This document shows positions 25,464-37,549 of a stretch of 64,000 bases of DNA, piece by piece. A program made the position numbers and the translations under genes. The notes below the pieces were generated by a model that saw only the letters and a list, made by a program, of their open reading frames with translations, was not told the DNA's origin and did not search any database. Origin of the DNA: Camelus ferus (Eukaryota); assembly GCF_009834535.1 (NCBI RefSeq), contig NC_045697.1, positions 1,118,001 through 1,182,000 on the forward strand, given 5' to 3'. Within the stretch, counting starts at the first letter, position 1. Each line of letters begins with the position of its first letter.

Positions 25464-26450
25464 TATTAGCTAAATAATTAGAGGCTCAAGAACTGAAAAT
25501 TAAAATACAACTCCCTCTAGTTGCAGATGACATGACAGTACTCCTGAAAATCCCTAGAGAATAAATAATTCAGCAGGTGGCAGGAAACAAGACTAACATA
25601 GCAAGCCAGCAGCTTTCATGTACACAAGTGGTGACAGCATGAAGATACACTGAAAGAGAAAACTCATTGACAATAAAGAAAATAAAATACTTAGTTGTAA
25701 ACTTAACAAGAAATGTGTAAAATCTGTATGGGAAAAACTTTAAAACCTCCTGTAAGACACAAAAGTAGACTTTATCAGACAGAAAAACATTCCTCGTTCT
25801 TGACTGAAATGTCTCAACATCATCAAGATATCAGCTCTCCCTACGTTAATTTGTGAATTTAATGTGATCTCAATAAAAATACCAATACGCTTTTTCATGG
25901 AATTAGATAAGGTGATGCTAAAATTCACGTGGAAAAATGAGTGCCAAAGACAGGAAAACGGAAACAACAGAGCTCTGAGGGGCACCAGGCCGCCCACACC
26001 CCACAGGACACAACCAGTCCTCTGTAATCCCACCAGAGTGGCGCAGGTGCAGGGGTAGACAGACCACCGGGGACAACAGGGAGCTCAGACACAGACTCGA
26101 CTACACATAGAAGTCTAATGTAATGAAGACGCATGTCCAGTCACTGGAACGGAGATGGACTTCCTGACAAATGGTGTTGGGATAACCAGACAGCCAACTG
26201 GAAAATGATAAAAGAAAACATGGGTGACTTCCTCTATAATGTGGGTGTAGAGAAAAGCTTTCTTACTATGACTCAAAATCTAGATGCAATAAAAGACTGA
26301 CAGGTGACCAAAAACCCCCCAAAACCCAAAACAAAACACCAAACCTTTTGCAGGGCATAAGATGCGATAAGCAAAGTAAAAAGGTGAATGACAAACTAGG
26401 AGAGAATATTTGTAACCTGCATCAGAGGTGAAGGGCTAACGTCCCTAACA
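25464..26450 (+). mobile_element. Old L1 ORF2 remnant (right part)
   Basis: 'gttgcagatgacatgacagta' (FADDM RT motif remnant); ORF 25864..26058 ISIKIPIRFFMELDKVMLKFTWKN is L1 ORF2. Confidence 0.85.
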
Positions 26451-26679
26451 TTCAAGCTGCTTGTGGAGTGACCGCGCAGTGGCAAAACCCTGGCCGGTCT
26501 GGCCCAGAGCGCTCCTGTTGGCTGACCCTGGTCAGGGTGAGGGAAGTGTCCGGAGGGCATAACGCAAAGTACGAGCACTGCTGGGGGAGATAAGCTCAAG
26601 GCTAAACTGTGAAGTAGACATCATTCTGTCTGGGAAAGAATGCCAGGTCTTTTTGTGCTTTCTCTGATTGCTTTTAAAA

Positions 26680-29600
26680 AATTAACTTTCTTGAAGGATA
26701 ATTAACATGTGATAAAATGCACCCATTTTAAGCTACAGTCTAGGGAATTTTCAAATCTGCACCAGGTTCCAGATGGAGATAGAGGACATTCTGTCACCCC
26801 AGAATGCCCCCTCATGTCCCTCTGCAGTCAAACCACCCCAACTCCTTTTCAACGCTGATAGTTTTTACTTTATTTTTAAACTTTTTTTAGGGGGGAGAAA
26901 TTGTTCTTTTATTTATTTATTTATCTATATGGAGGTACTGGGGACTGAACCCAAGACCTCATGAGTGCTAAGCATGTGCTCTACCACTGAGCTGTACTCG
27001 CCCTCCCTCGATGCTTGTAGTTTTCACTGTAAGGATACCACACAATTTGATAGACATTTGGATTTTTTCGAGTTATAGAAAAGCTACCAGGGATTTTAGG
27101 CACAGGTCTTTTTTCATCCATGTATTTTCCTTTCTCTTGGATAAATAACCGAGTGGAATTGCTGGGTTGTTCGTTAAGTGTGTGTTTACTTTATAAGGAA
27201 AGGATTATAGGTTTTCCAAATAGTTACACGATTTACACTCCCAACCGCCGCGCATGAGTTGTGGTTGCGTCACGTCCTAGCCAGCCCTTGGCGTTGTTAG
27301 TCTTCCTAGTCTCGGCCATTCTGGCGGGTGTGCAGAGACACCTGAGTGTGGTTTAGATTTGTATTTCCCTGACAGCTAGTGATGCTGAGCATATGTTCAC
27401 GTGCGTATTGGCGTTTAGTTTACCAACTGTCTGCGTAGGTCTTCTGCCTGTCTTCCTGTTGCTGGGTTACAGGAGTCCTGCACGCATTCGGATGCCCGTC
27501 TGTGGTCAGACGTTCACGCTGTATCTTCTCCCAGTGTGCAGCTCGCCTTTTCATCCTCTAACGGTGCTGCTCTAGTGCAGACGTTTCACGTTTCGATGAA
27601 GTCCCATTTGTCAGTTCTCTTCCGTGGCTGGTGCTTTTGGTGTGCTCTCTACGAAATCTTTGTCCACCCCCAAAGATGAGGATTTTCTCCTAGAATTTTT
27701 ATAGTTTTAACTTTTATTATGTTTAGCTCTGTGATCTATTTTGAGCTCATTTTTGTACGTGGTGTGAGGTAGGAGGCAAAGTTCATTGTTTTCTGAGCGG
27801 ATATCCAGCTGTTCTTGCACCATCTGGAAAGGTCACTCCTTATCCTGCCCAATCACACTGATGCCTTTGCTGAAAATTAACAGTCATGTATGTGGGGGTC
27901 TCCTTCTGGACCCTCTCCTGTTCTAATGATCTGCACATCTGTCCCTACACTAATAACACTGTCTTGATTATGTAGCTTTATGGAGAATCCTGAAATCAGG
28001 TAAAATTCTTCAAACTTTTTTTTCTTTTTCAAAATTGCTTTGGTTATTCTAGGCTCTTTGCATTTCCACATAAATTTTAGAATCAGCTTGTTAATTTCCA
28101 CAAGAAAATGTGGCTAAGATTTTGACTAGGATGGTTGAATTTATTGGTTGACTTGGGGCAAATTGACATTTTAACAATATTAATTCTCTCAATAGTACGT
28201 CTCTCTCCACTTGTTTAGTTCCTCTCAGTAATGTTTGCAGTTTTCAACATACAGGTCTTACACATAGTTTGTTAAATTTATCCCTAAATATTTTGTGCTT
28301 TTGGATGCTACTGCTATTGTATTGTTTTAAATTTTAAAATTTTTAAATTGCTCCTTGCTACTATATAGAAATACTGTTGATTTTTATCCTTTAACTTTGT
28401 TTCCTGTGCCCTTGCTAAACATTCTTATTGGTTCTAATAGTATGTTTTTGTAGATTCTTTAGGATTTTCTGTGTACATGATAATGCTGTCTGCAAATACA
28501 GCTTTATTTTTTTCTTTCCAAACTGCATTCCTTTTATTTGTATCATTACTTCTGCTCTATTGCACCGGCTAGAACCTCCAGTACAATGTTGAATAGAACT
28601 GGAAACAGACATTCTTGCCTGGTTCCTGTTCTGAGAGGAAGGCACTGAGTTTTTCACCGTTAGGTAAGGTGTTAGGTATAAATTCTTCATATTCACATTT
28701 ACCACGTTGAGAAAGTCCCCTTCCCTAGCTCTGGTTTACTGAAACGGGCCTTGAATTCTGCCAAACACCCGTCGGCACCTGTTGAGATGATTATGTGGTC
28801 ATTCTCCCTTAGTTTCTTAATACGGTTAATTACACTGATTAACGTTTGGATGTTAAACCACGCATTTCCTACACAAACCCCAACTGGTCATGGAGTGTTG
28901 TCCTTCTGTACTGCTAGATTTGATTTGCTAACATAGTGAAGGATTGTTACATGTATGATCACGAGTATACTTGTCTATAGTCTCCTCTTTGTGTAATGTC
29001 TTTGTCTGGTTTTGGCATCAAATTCTGGCCACATAAAATGAGTGGGGAAGTATTCACTCTCCTTATATTTTCTGAAAGTATTTGTAAAGGATGGTATTAC
29101 TGCTTTCTTAAAAGTTTAATCGATTTTACTAGTGAGGTCATGTAACCCTGGGAAAATTTTCGTTACAAACTCAACTATTTTAATAGATGAAAGGCTAGTC
29201 CAACAGTCTATTTCTTATTTTGTCAGTTTTAGTAATTTGCATCTTTTAAGAAATTTGAGTTACTAAATTCATGTACACTCCCCCACTGTTCTTTCAATAT
29301 CTGTAGAGATCATGCTGATTCAAATTTTTTTATTGCTGATATCGGTCATTTGTACTTTATTTCTCTTTTGTTTTCCCTTGATCAGTCTCTCCAGGGGTTT
29401 ATCAATTTTATTCATCTTTTCAAATATCTTGCTTTTGGTTCCTTTGATTTCTCTCTACTGGTGTTCTGTTCCTATTACATTGATTACTACTCCTCTTCTC
29501 CTACTTGCTTAGGATTTAAGTTACTCTTATTTTTTTAGTTTTGATAATTTACTTTACTTTTCTTATTTTCTATTATAAGCATTTAAGGTCATAAATTTCT

Positions 29601-30240
29601 AAACACTTCTATTGCTGCATCCCCCAATTTTTGACTTGTTTTCATTTTCATTTAGCTCAAAATATTTTCTAATTTCTCTTGTGACTTTTTTCTTTGAACC
29701 AGGGGTTATTTAGAAATGGAATCTTTATCTCCCATATATTTGGGGATTTTCTATTCATATTTTTGTCCTTGATTTCTACTTTAATTTCACTGTATTAGAG
29801 AACACAGTCTCTATGATTTCAGTCCTTTTAAACTATTAAGACCTGCACTGCAGCCAAGCACGGGGTCTGCGGTGAGGAACGCGGCACCGTGCACGTAGGG
29901 AACAGCCATGTGGTCTGCCGAAGCTGACGGTGTTGTTCAGGTCTTTCAGCTGCTGTCTGACTTCCCCGTGTTTGTATCCATCACTCGAAAAGCAGCGTCG
30001 GAATCTCCGACTCGACTCGTGGGTCTGAGTGCTATTCACTTCGGTCTATCAGGTTTTGCTTTATGCATTCTGAATCTGTCTTATCAGGTGCGCCGTATAT
30101 AGAGCTGTCATGTTTTCTTGATGAATTGGCTCTTTTGTGAAATGTCTCTCTCTTTCCTGGTAATATTCCTTGTCCTGAAATCTAATTTGTCTGACGTTAA
30201 TACAGCCACTCAGGCGTTTATCTGATTGGTCGTGATCTCC
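26680..30240 (-). mobile_element. Old L1M (3'UTR to ORF2 N-terminus) antisense remnant with deletions
   Basis: T-rich; ORF 27877..28101(-) MEINKLILKFMWKCKEPRITKAILKKK is L1 ORF2; hosts the SINE at 26867-27007. Confidence 0.85.
26867..27007 (-). mobile_element. Vic-1-like camelid SINE
   Basis: 'ggaggtactggggactgaacccaagacctcatgagtgctaagcatgtgctctaccactgagctgtac' plus T-rich tail; degenerate flanking repeat (caacgctgatagtttt / cgatgcttgtagtttt). Confidence 0.8.
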
Positions 30241-30546
30241 TGGTTTTTAATCAACGTTCTCATCCACTGAACCACACAATGTGCCTCCCATTACCAGCTC
30301 CAGGTCTGGGGAGAGTTCGGGGCCTTCGAGAAGAGCACATTTCTCTGGCTCCACACATTGTTCTCAGACACAATGACAGGGAATAAGGCCACCTGTGTTC
30401 TCGTGGGATTGCACACCAGGAAAAAAAGTATAATTTTTTCATTAGTTGCATTTTTATCTGCTGAAGTGGCCACTGAGAAGTAGATGCAGATACTCCATAA
30501 ACTAACATACCTGGAACCTGAAAGAATCTTTGAGAGGCTGGCACAC

Positions 30547-30985
30547 GTACTAGTTTCCTGCGGCTGCTGTAACAAATTGCCCTAAATGCAGCGGCTTAAA
30601 ACAAGGGATGCTTCCTCCCTCACAGTTCTGGAGGCCAGAAGCCTGGCGTCAGTTCCACTGGCCCACAGTCTGGGGCCGTGCTCCTGCTGGAGGCTCTGGG
30701 GGAAGAGTCTGTTCCGGGCTTCTTCCAGCCTCTGGCGGCTGCCAGCATTTCTTGCCGTGATCACATCACTCCAGTCTCTGCTTCTGTGGCCACATGGCCC
30801 CTCCTTCTCTCGTCTGTGTCCAGTCTCCCTCCATCTCTTCTCATAAGGGCCCTGTGAGGACATTTAGAGCCCACTCCAATAATCCAGGATAACCTTGATC
30901 ACGCGGCAAAGATCTTTTTCCACATAAGGTAATCCTCCCAGGTTCCAGGGGCTGTCTTTACTGGGGGCATTATTCAGACTACAAT
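30547..30985. mobile_element. MaLR solo LTR (MLT1C/D-like)
   Basis: 'tagtttcctgcggctgctgtaacaaattgcc...ggcttaaaacaa...ctcacagttctggaggccagaag...ggggcattattcagactaca', with typical MLT1 termini. Confidence 0.8.
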
Positions 30986-32689
30986 ATGAACTGTAAAGTA
31001 TTTAAAATGCTTATACAATGAGATCAAGGTTTTGAAAACAAAAAACAAAAAAACGAACAGGAATCAAAAGCATGCAAGTGTGTGCACGGGGGAGGCAGAG
31101 GCAGAGACAGAAGAATGGACAGGAATGACCATCTGGCAAAGGAAGACAAGCTGAGTGGAAGCTGTGACTTGGATGCAGCGTGAGGAACAAAATGCCCCCC
31201 TCCCTCACGCCCTTGGCCGACTAACAATAGATGGATACAGTCACGGTGGGTGTCCTGGAGGCCAGGGTGTCAGAGAGGCAAGAGGTCAGAGGTTCCCCAA
31301 TTCAATGAAGCCAAACCTGGATTCCAGTTCCCTTGGTGAGAAGAAAAATGAAACGTGATCTGTTCAAAAATGAGGCAAGTGAAATTCTTTCTAAATCCTC
31401 TGTCAAACCTCTGCTTGACTTTGCCACATACACCAGAGGCCGTCGCTGGGCAGCTGACAGGGAGGGGAGAGACGGCGATCAGGCCTGCGAGTGCCCGGCA
31501 GAGACGGAGCAGAGAAGGGGCAGCTCTGCACCAGGGGCACAGCAGGCTCACAAGGGCCCACCTCAGGGGCCAGGGCGGATAAGTCAGACTCCCACAGGAG
31601 AGAGGAGGCCAAAGAGCTGCACTGCCTCCCACGGGGCTGCTGGGCCAGGCCGCCAGCCTGGATGCCACGGCATGGCCAGCAAAGGTGGGCTGCGCCCAGC
31701 AGCTGGGGTGTGGTCGGCAGCCCGAGCAGAGGGAGGGCAGATCAAACCTGGAAGGCAGTGAGTTCAGGATGTCACCTCCTAAAGTCCCAACTAGCACGCT
31801 TCTTGAGTTGTGGCTCAGAGATGTGGCCTGTGTCCGGTGAGGGGTACCTGGGGGCAAACGGTGGTGGCCCCCAAGCCTCCTTCAGCCTCACTGAGAGAGC
31901 GTGCCCACCGGGTTCCTCCCTCGACTCCAGACCTGCAGGGCCAGGCTCTTTGGTCACGGCCAACTCGGCACATCTCACAACCCTCTGGAGGCCACAGACA
32001 CTGGAGGGCCCAGCGGCACTGGCTCCCTACTGCTTTTGTTTCCGTGGTAGGAGGGGATTACCCCAAAGCTGGAGGGCCCAGTAGGCACTGTGGGGAGGTG
32101 AGGCCTAACGAGGGGAGGCGGCTGCCCTGTGTGAACTCTGTTTCGGTCTGAGAACAGGGAGCACACAGGTGGACGGGAAAGCATTCAGCTCCCCTGACGG
32201 TGACTGGAGGAAATAGGAAAAACAGGACATCGGAGACAATCTCGTTTTCAGAGACGGACTTGCTGTTATGATTACGATTGTGAACAGGGCGGTGACACAG
32301 CAGACAAGAGGAGACTGAAGACCATGTCGTCGCTTTGCCTTCAGTGGGCATTTGTAGTCTGTCAGCCTGCTTTCCTTAGGAAGCCGTCCTGCCTTCCTGA
32401 CCGGGCGTGATGCCCCTAGAGTGACGTGTGGGCACTTCATGTTCCAGACTCAGGACCAGCTCGAACCATCTGTTCTTTAGAGGTTTGAAAGCACTATTTG
32501 GCCAAGATGCTTTTTTGATGGTTGTGGAAGTGTAGTTCTTCTTTCTTCTTCTGTTTCCTTATTGGTCTTTTGGGCTTTCTGCATTTTCTTGAATCCTCGT
32601 AGGTAATTAGTATTTTCCTAGAAAATCATTCATATCATTAAAACTTACAATTAGCACAGAGTTGTACATGATGACCTCTTATTGCAAGA

Positions 32690-33444
32690 GGCAGTCCTAG
32701 GAAGAGACTCGTTAAGAAGAAAAACTTCTGGCAAATGAAGAAAAACCCCCATGAAATATTACAAGGGAACACTGCCTTCAGAAATCTGAAGGAAAACCAT
32801 CTCCAATATAGAACTCTATCTCCAGCCAAATTATCAACCAAATGTGAGACATTTTCAAACAGGTAAGGTCTCTAACAGTTAAACTTCCACGTACCACAAG
32901 AGACACATGGAACACGGTGAAAAGTTCTAAGGTGCATATAACCATAGTCCTAGAAGGAGACAAGAAAGATGGGAGGAGAAGCAACATTTAAAGAGAAGAT
33001 GACTGAGAAGTTTCCAAAGCTGATGAAAGACATCAAACCACAGATAAAAGGGGAAAAAAAGGAACAGTACAAAAAGAACAATGGGAAGGAATCTTATAAG
33101 TAATGATAAAACAAATGCTGACTGTACAAAACCCTATCATGTTTTGTGTTGTTCAAAATATATGTAGAATTAAAATATATTAAAACAATAGTACAAAAGG
33201 CAGGAGGGGAGATAAATGGAGTTAAAGTGTTATATAGTCTGAGAAATGGTAAAAGCACAACTTTATATTACATTTTTAGAAGTGAAAGATGCTTCTAATA
33301 ATCTCTAGAACAGTTTCTAAAAATTAGGGAAAGAACGTATAATTAACAAAGTAATAGAGGGGAAAATGACATAACAAAAACACTTAACTCAAAAAGAGGT
33401 AGAAAGAGAGAGAAAAAGAAGCCTAGAAAAAGTAGGACAAATAG
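32690..33444 (+). mobile_element. Old L1M ORF1/inter-ORF remnant (host of the 33445-36111 insertion; resumes at ~36112-36440)
   Basis: ORF1-like 'aaaccatctccaatatagaactctatctccagccaaattatcaacc'. The inter-ORF string '...ggacaaatag' continues as 'aaaacaatact...taattaccttatgtgtaagtg' (ORF2 start region) after the insertions. Confidence 0.7.
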
Positions 33445-36111
33445 GGCAGTTCCGGTCGGGATGGCGGAGTGGTAGGACCACAGCTCACCCTGCCTCGCGA
33501 CGACGACAAAACCACAACTGACTGCTAGACAACCATCGAGAAAAGACTGGAACCTAGCAAAGGAGATCGTCTTCAACTGGAAACACAAAGAGGGGACCAC
33601 AGCAGGACGGCAGGAGGGGCGTGTTCGTGATATAATCAGGCCCATACCCCCGGGTGGGCGACCCACAGCTGAAGAAGAGTTAAGTCGCAGAGGCCTCCCC
33701 ACAGGAGTGAGAGCTCTGAGCCCCATCTCAGGCTCCTTAGCCCGGGTTACAGCACTGGGAGGAGGAGCCCCCAGGACATGTGGTTATGAAGGCCAGCGGG
33801 GCTTGGCTCTGAGAGCCCCACGGGACTGGGGAAACAGTGACTTCATTCTCTTGGGAAGCATACACAGAACCTCACGTGCGCCAGGTCCAAGGGCAGAGGC
33901 AGCGATTTCACAGGAACCTGGGACAGGCCTGCCTGCTGGTTTTGGAGGGTCTCCTGGGGTTGTAGGGATGGACGGCTGCAGCTCACTCAGGGGACATAGA
34001 AGCTGGTGGCAGACATTCAGGGATGTTCATCTGCATGAGCTTTCCTGGAGGCTGACATCTCGACTGGATCATTAGCACCAAGACCCAGCGCCACCCAACA
34101 GCCTGTGGGGAAGCCTCAGACCAAACAGCACACTGGGTGGGAGCACAGCCCCACCCAGCAGCAGACCCCCTGAGCCACAAAGGCCTCTGGTCCAGCCTCA
34201 TCCACCAGGGAGCAGATACCAGAAATAAGAAAACAACAAGCCCAAAGCCTGTGGAAGGAATCCACAAACACAGGCCAGGCTCTAACCTGGGACCTGCTGG
34301 ACCCTGGCCCTTGTCTGACAAGAGAGGAGTGTACTGCAGGGACGCACAGGACGTCTCCCACAGAGGGCCACCTCTCCAAGGTCGAGAAACGCTAACTAAC
34401 CTACCTAAAAATACACATTGAAAGATAAACAATATGAGGTGGCAGAGGAGTACTCCCAGACCAAGGTTAAGAAGAAGAACTAAGTGATGAGGAGACAGGC
34501 AATTTATCTGAGAAAGAGTTTGAAGTAATGATGGTGAAGATGTTCAGAGAACTCAAGAGGAGTACAGAAGCACAGAGTGAAGTTTTTAGCAGAGTTGGAA
34601 AATATAAAGAATACCCAAACAGAGTTGAAGAATAAAATCGCTGAAATAAACAATACACCAGAAGGAACCAAGAACAGACTGAATGGGGCAGAAGAACGGA
34701 TCAGTGAGCTAGAAGACAGATAAGTGGAAATCACTACTGCAGAACAGAAAAAAGAAAGAAGAATGAAAGGAATAAGGATCGTTTAAGAGCACTCTGGGAC
34801 AACATGAAGTGCACTAATATTCGCATTACAGGGTCCCAGGAAGAGAAGGAGGGAGAAAGGACCTGAGGAAATTTTTGGAGAGATAATAACCGAAAACTGC
34901 CCCCACTTGGGAAAGGAAACAGGCACCCACGTCCTGGAAGCGCAGAAAGTATCACACAGGATCAGCCCAAAGAGGAGCACACCAAGGCACACAGTCATCA
35001 AATGGACAAATAAGGATGAGGAGAAAGTATTAAAATTAGCAAGAGAAAAGCAACAAATGACATCCAAGGGAACTCCCATAAGGTTATCAGCTGATTTTTC
35101 AGCAGAAACTCTAGAGGCCAGAAGGGAGTGGCAAAATATATTTAAAGTGATGAAAGGGAAAAACTTACAACCAAGAACACTCTATCCAGCAAGGCTCTTG
35201 TTCAGACTTGATGGAGAAATCAAAAGCTTCACAGATAAACGAAAGCTAGAAGATTTCAGCACCACCAAGCCAGCTTTGCAACAAATGTTAAAGGACCTTC
35301 TCTAGTCATCAAACCATAAGGAAAGAGAACGAAAAAGAAGAAAGAGAGAAAAAAACAGACTTGCAAAAGATTGCTTTGGCAGTTCTGGGTCGTTTATGGT
35401 TCCATATAAATTTTGGAACTGTTTGTTCTAATTCTGGGAAAAATGTTGTATTTTGACAGGAGTTGCATCAGATCCATAGATTGCTTTGGGCAGTACGACC
35501 ATTTTGATAATGTTGGTTCTTCCAATCCAAGAGCACAAGATACCTTTCCATTTCTTTGGTATCTCCTTCAATTTCCTTCATCAATATTTTACAGTTTTCA
35601 GAGTATAAATAACCTCCTTGGTTAAGTTTATTTCTAGGTATTTTGTTATTTTTGATGCAATGGAAATATTTATGCCAGTTATAAAATTCTGTTTTTTGAA
35701 GAGAAAAAAAAAAGTGAACGAAGGGCTGCAAATGGCAAAATATTCTTCTTTATTATGAGTGAGTTGTATTCCATTACATATATATGCTGCACCTTCTTTA
35801 TCCATTCATCTATCAACGTGCACTTAGGACGCTTCCATGTCTTGATAATTATAAATAATGTTGCTGTTAATAGTGGGGTGTATGTATCTTTTTGAATTAA
35901 TTCTTATTTTATGGTTGGCTTTATTCCTTTGATAATTATGTAAGTTTAAAAAGCTAAATCACTAAACATTCTTAGAAACAATGAATAGTACATATATGTA
36001 AATTTACAAAATATGTGCAGTATATTGTATATATGTATTTACATGCAATATATTGTATATTTGCAATCAAATTGTAACAATTCTACCTAATAAAACTGAA
36101 AAATGGAAAAA
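33445..36111 (+). mobile_element. TSD-flanked ORF1-only L1 derivative (HAL1-like / chimeric L1 retrocopy)
   Basis: L1 5' end 'ggcagttccggtcgggatggcggag', ~1-kb 5'UTR, ORF1 remnant 34434-35305, antisense ORF2 pieces 35367-35900, AATAAA at 36089-36094, poly(A). 18-bp TSD AAAAAGTAGGACAAATAG (33427-33444) / AAAAAGTAGGCCAATTAG (36112-36129). Confidence 0.8.
34434..35305 (+). pseudogene. L1 ORF1p remnant (coiled coil, RRM, CTD), frameshifted near the N-terminus
   Basis: ORF 34907..35305 ...TPRHTVIK...GTPIRLSADFSAETLEARREWQNIFKVMKGKNLQPRTLYPARL...TTKPALQQMLKDLL* is the L1 ORF1p C-terminal half. The ATG at 34434 reads MRWQRSTPRPRLRRRTK* (early stop). Confidence 0.9.
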
Positions 36112-36127
36112 AAAAAGTAGGCCAATT

Positions 36128-36172
36128 AGAAAACAATACTTAAAAAAAAAAAAAAAAAGAAAACAATACTTA
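36128..36172 (+). mobile_element. Solo poly(A) insertion with 15-bp TSD
   Basis: AGAAAACAATACTTA (36128-36142) + A15 + AGAAAACAATACTTA (36158-36172); target context TT|AGAA fits L1 endonuclease preference. Confidence 0.8.
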
Positions 36173-36442
36173 GAGGAGATACAGCTAAACACACCAGTAA
36201 TTACCTTATGTGTAAGTGAGCAAGACACTCCAGTTTAGTGACAAAGATTTTTGGACTGAATTACATTTTAAAAACACTGCCTAGAAAAGATACACCACAA
36301 ACACAGAAACACAGAAAGGTTGACAGTAAAAAGATGGAAAAAAGATCTATGATAAAGAAACTAACCAAAAAAGCCTGTGTGGAAGGGATCAGACAGTGAA
36401 GGCTTTATGTCAAGACACGTTACTAGAGCTGGAGAACATTTT

Positions 36443-37503
36443 AACAACTTAATTAAACAATGGGCGGGGGGAAGGGTTCAATCCCCAGAACCTCCTCCAA
36501 GCAGAAATCAATGAATAAACAAAATTACCTCCCCCTCATTAAAACAAACAAACAAACAAGCAGAAAACAATGAGCAGAAGATCTGAATAGACTTTTTCCA
36601 AAAGGGAAATGCAAAGGGCCAACAGGCACATGAAAAGATGCTCAACATCACTAATCCTCAGGAAATGTAAATCAAAACCACAATAGATATCACTTCACAC
36701 CTGTCAGAATGGCTATTATCAAAAAGACAACAAATAACAAGTGTTGGGGAGGATGTGGAAAAAGGGGAATCCTCCTGCACTGTTAGTGGAAATGTAAATT
36801 GGTGCAGCCACTGTGGAAAACAGTATGGAGATTCCTCAGAAGACTAGGAATAGACTTACCATATGACCCAGGAATCCCGCTCCTGGGCACATATCCAGAA
36901 GGAACCCTACTTCAAAATGACACCTGCACCCCAATGTTCACAACAGCACTATTTACAATAGCCAAGACATGGAAACAGCCTAAATGCCCATCGACAGATG
37001 ACTGGATAAAGAAGACGTGGTATACTTATACAATGGAATACTATTCAGCCATAAAAACTGACAACATAATGCCATTTGCAGCAACATGGATGTTCCTAGA
37101 GAATGTCATTCTAAGTGAAGTAAGCCAGAAAGAGAAAGAAAAATACCATATGAGATCCCTCATATGTGGAATCTAAAACAAAACAAAACAAAACAAAGCA
37201 AAACAAAACATAAATACAAAACAGAAACAGACTCATAGACATAGAATACAAACTTGTGGTTGCCAAGGGGGCGGCGGGTGGGAAGGGACAGACTGGGATT
37301 TGAAAATGTAGAATAGATAAACAAGATTGTACTGTGTAGCACAGGGAAATACATACAGGATCCTGTGGTGGCTCACAGAGAAAAAGAATGCGACAATGAA
37401 TGTATGTATGTTCATGTATAACTGAAAAATTGTGCTCTACACTGGAATTTGACACCACATTGTAAAATGACTATAGCTCAATAAAAAATGTAAAAAAAAA
37501 AAA
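36443..37503 (+). mobile_element. 5'-truncated L1 (camelid-type 3'UTR) with poly(A), containing a truncated Vic-1 SINE at ~36466-36563
   Basis: ORF 36799..37176 [29 protein letters not shown]...KYHMRSLICGI* is an open ORF2 C-terminus; 3'UTR, AATAAA and A-tail follow. The SINE piece 'gggttcaatccccagaacctcc' is flanked by AAACAATG(G/A)GC. Confidence 0.9.
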
Positions 37504-37549
37504 TTCCTTTCTGGGAAACACAGTAAGACTTCTTCAATGAATGAATGAA

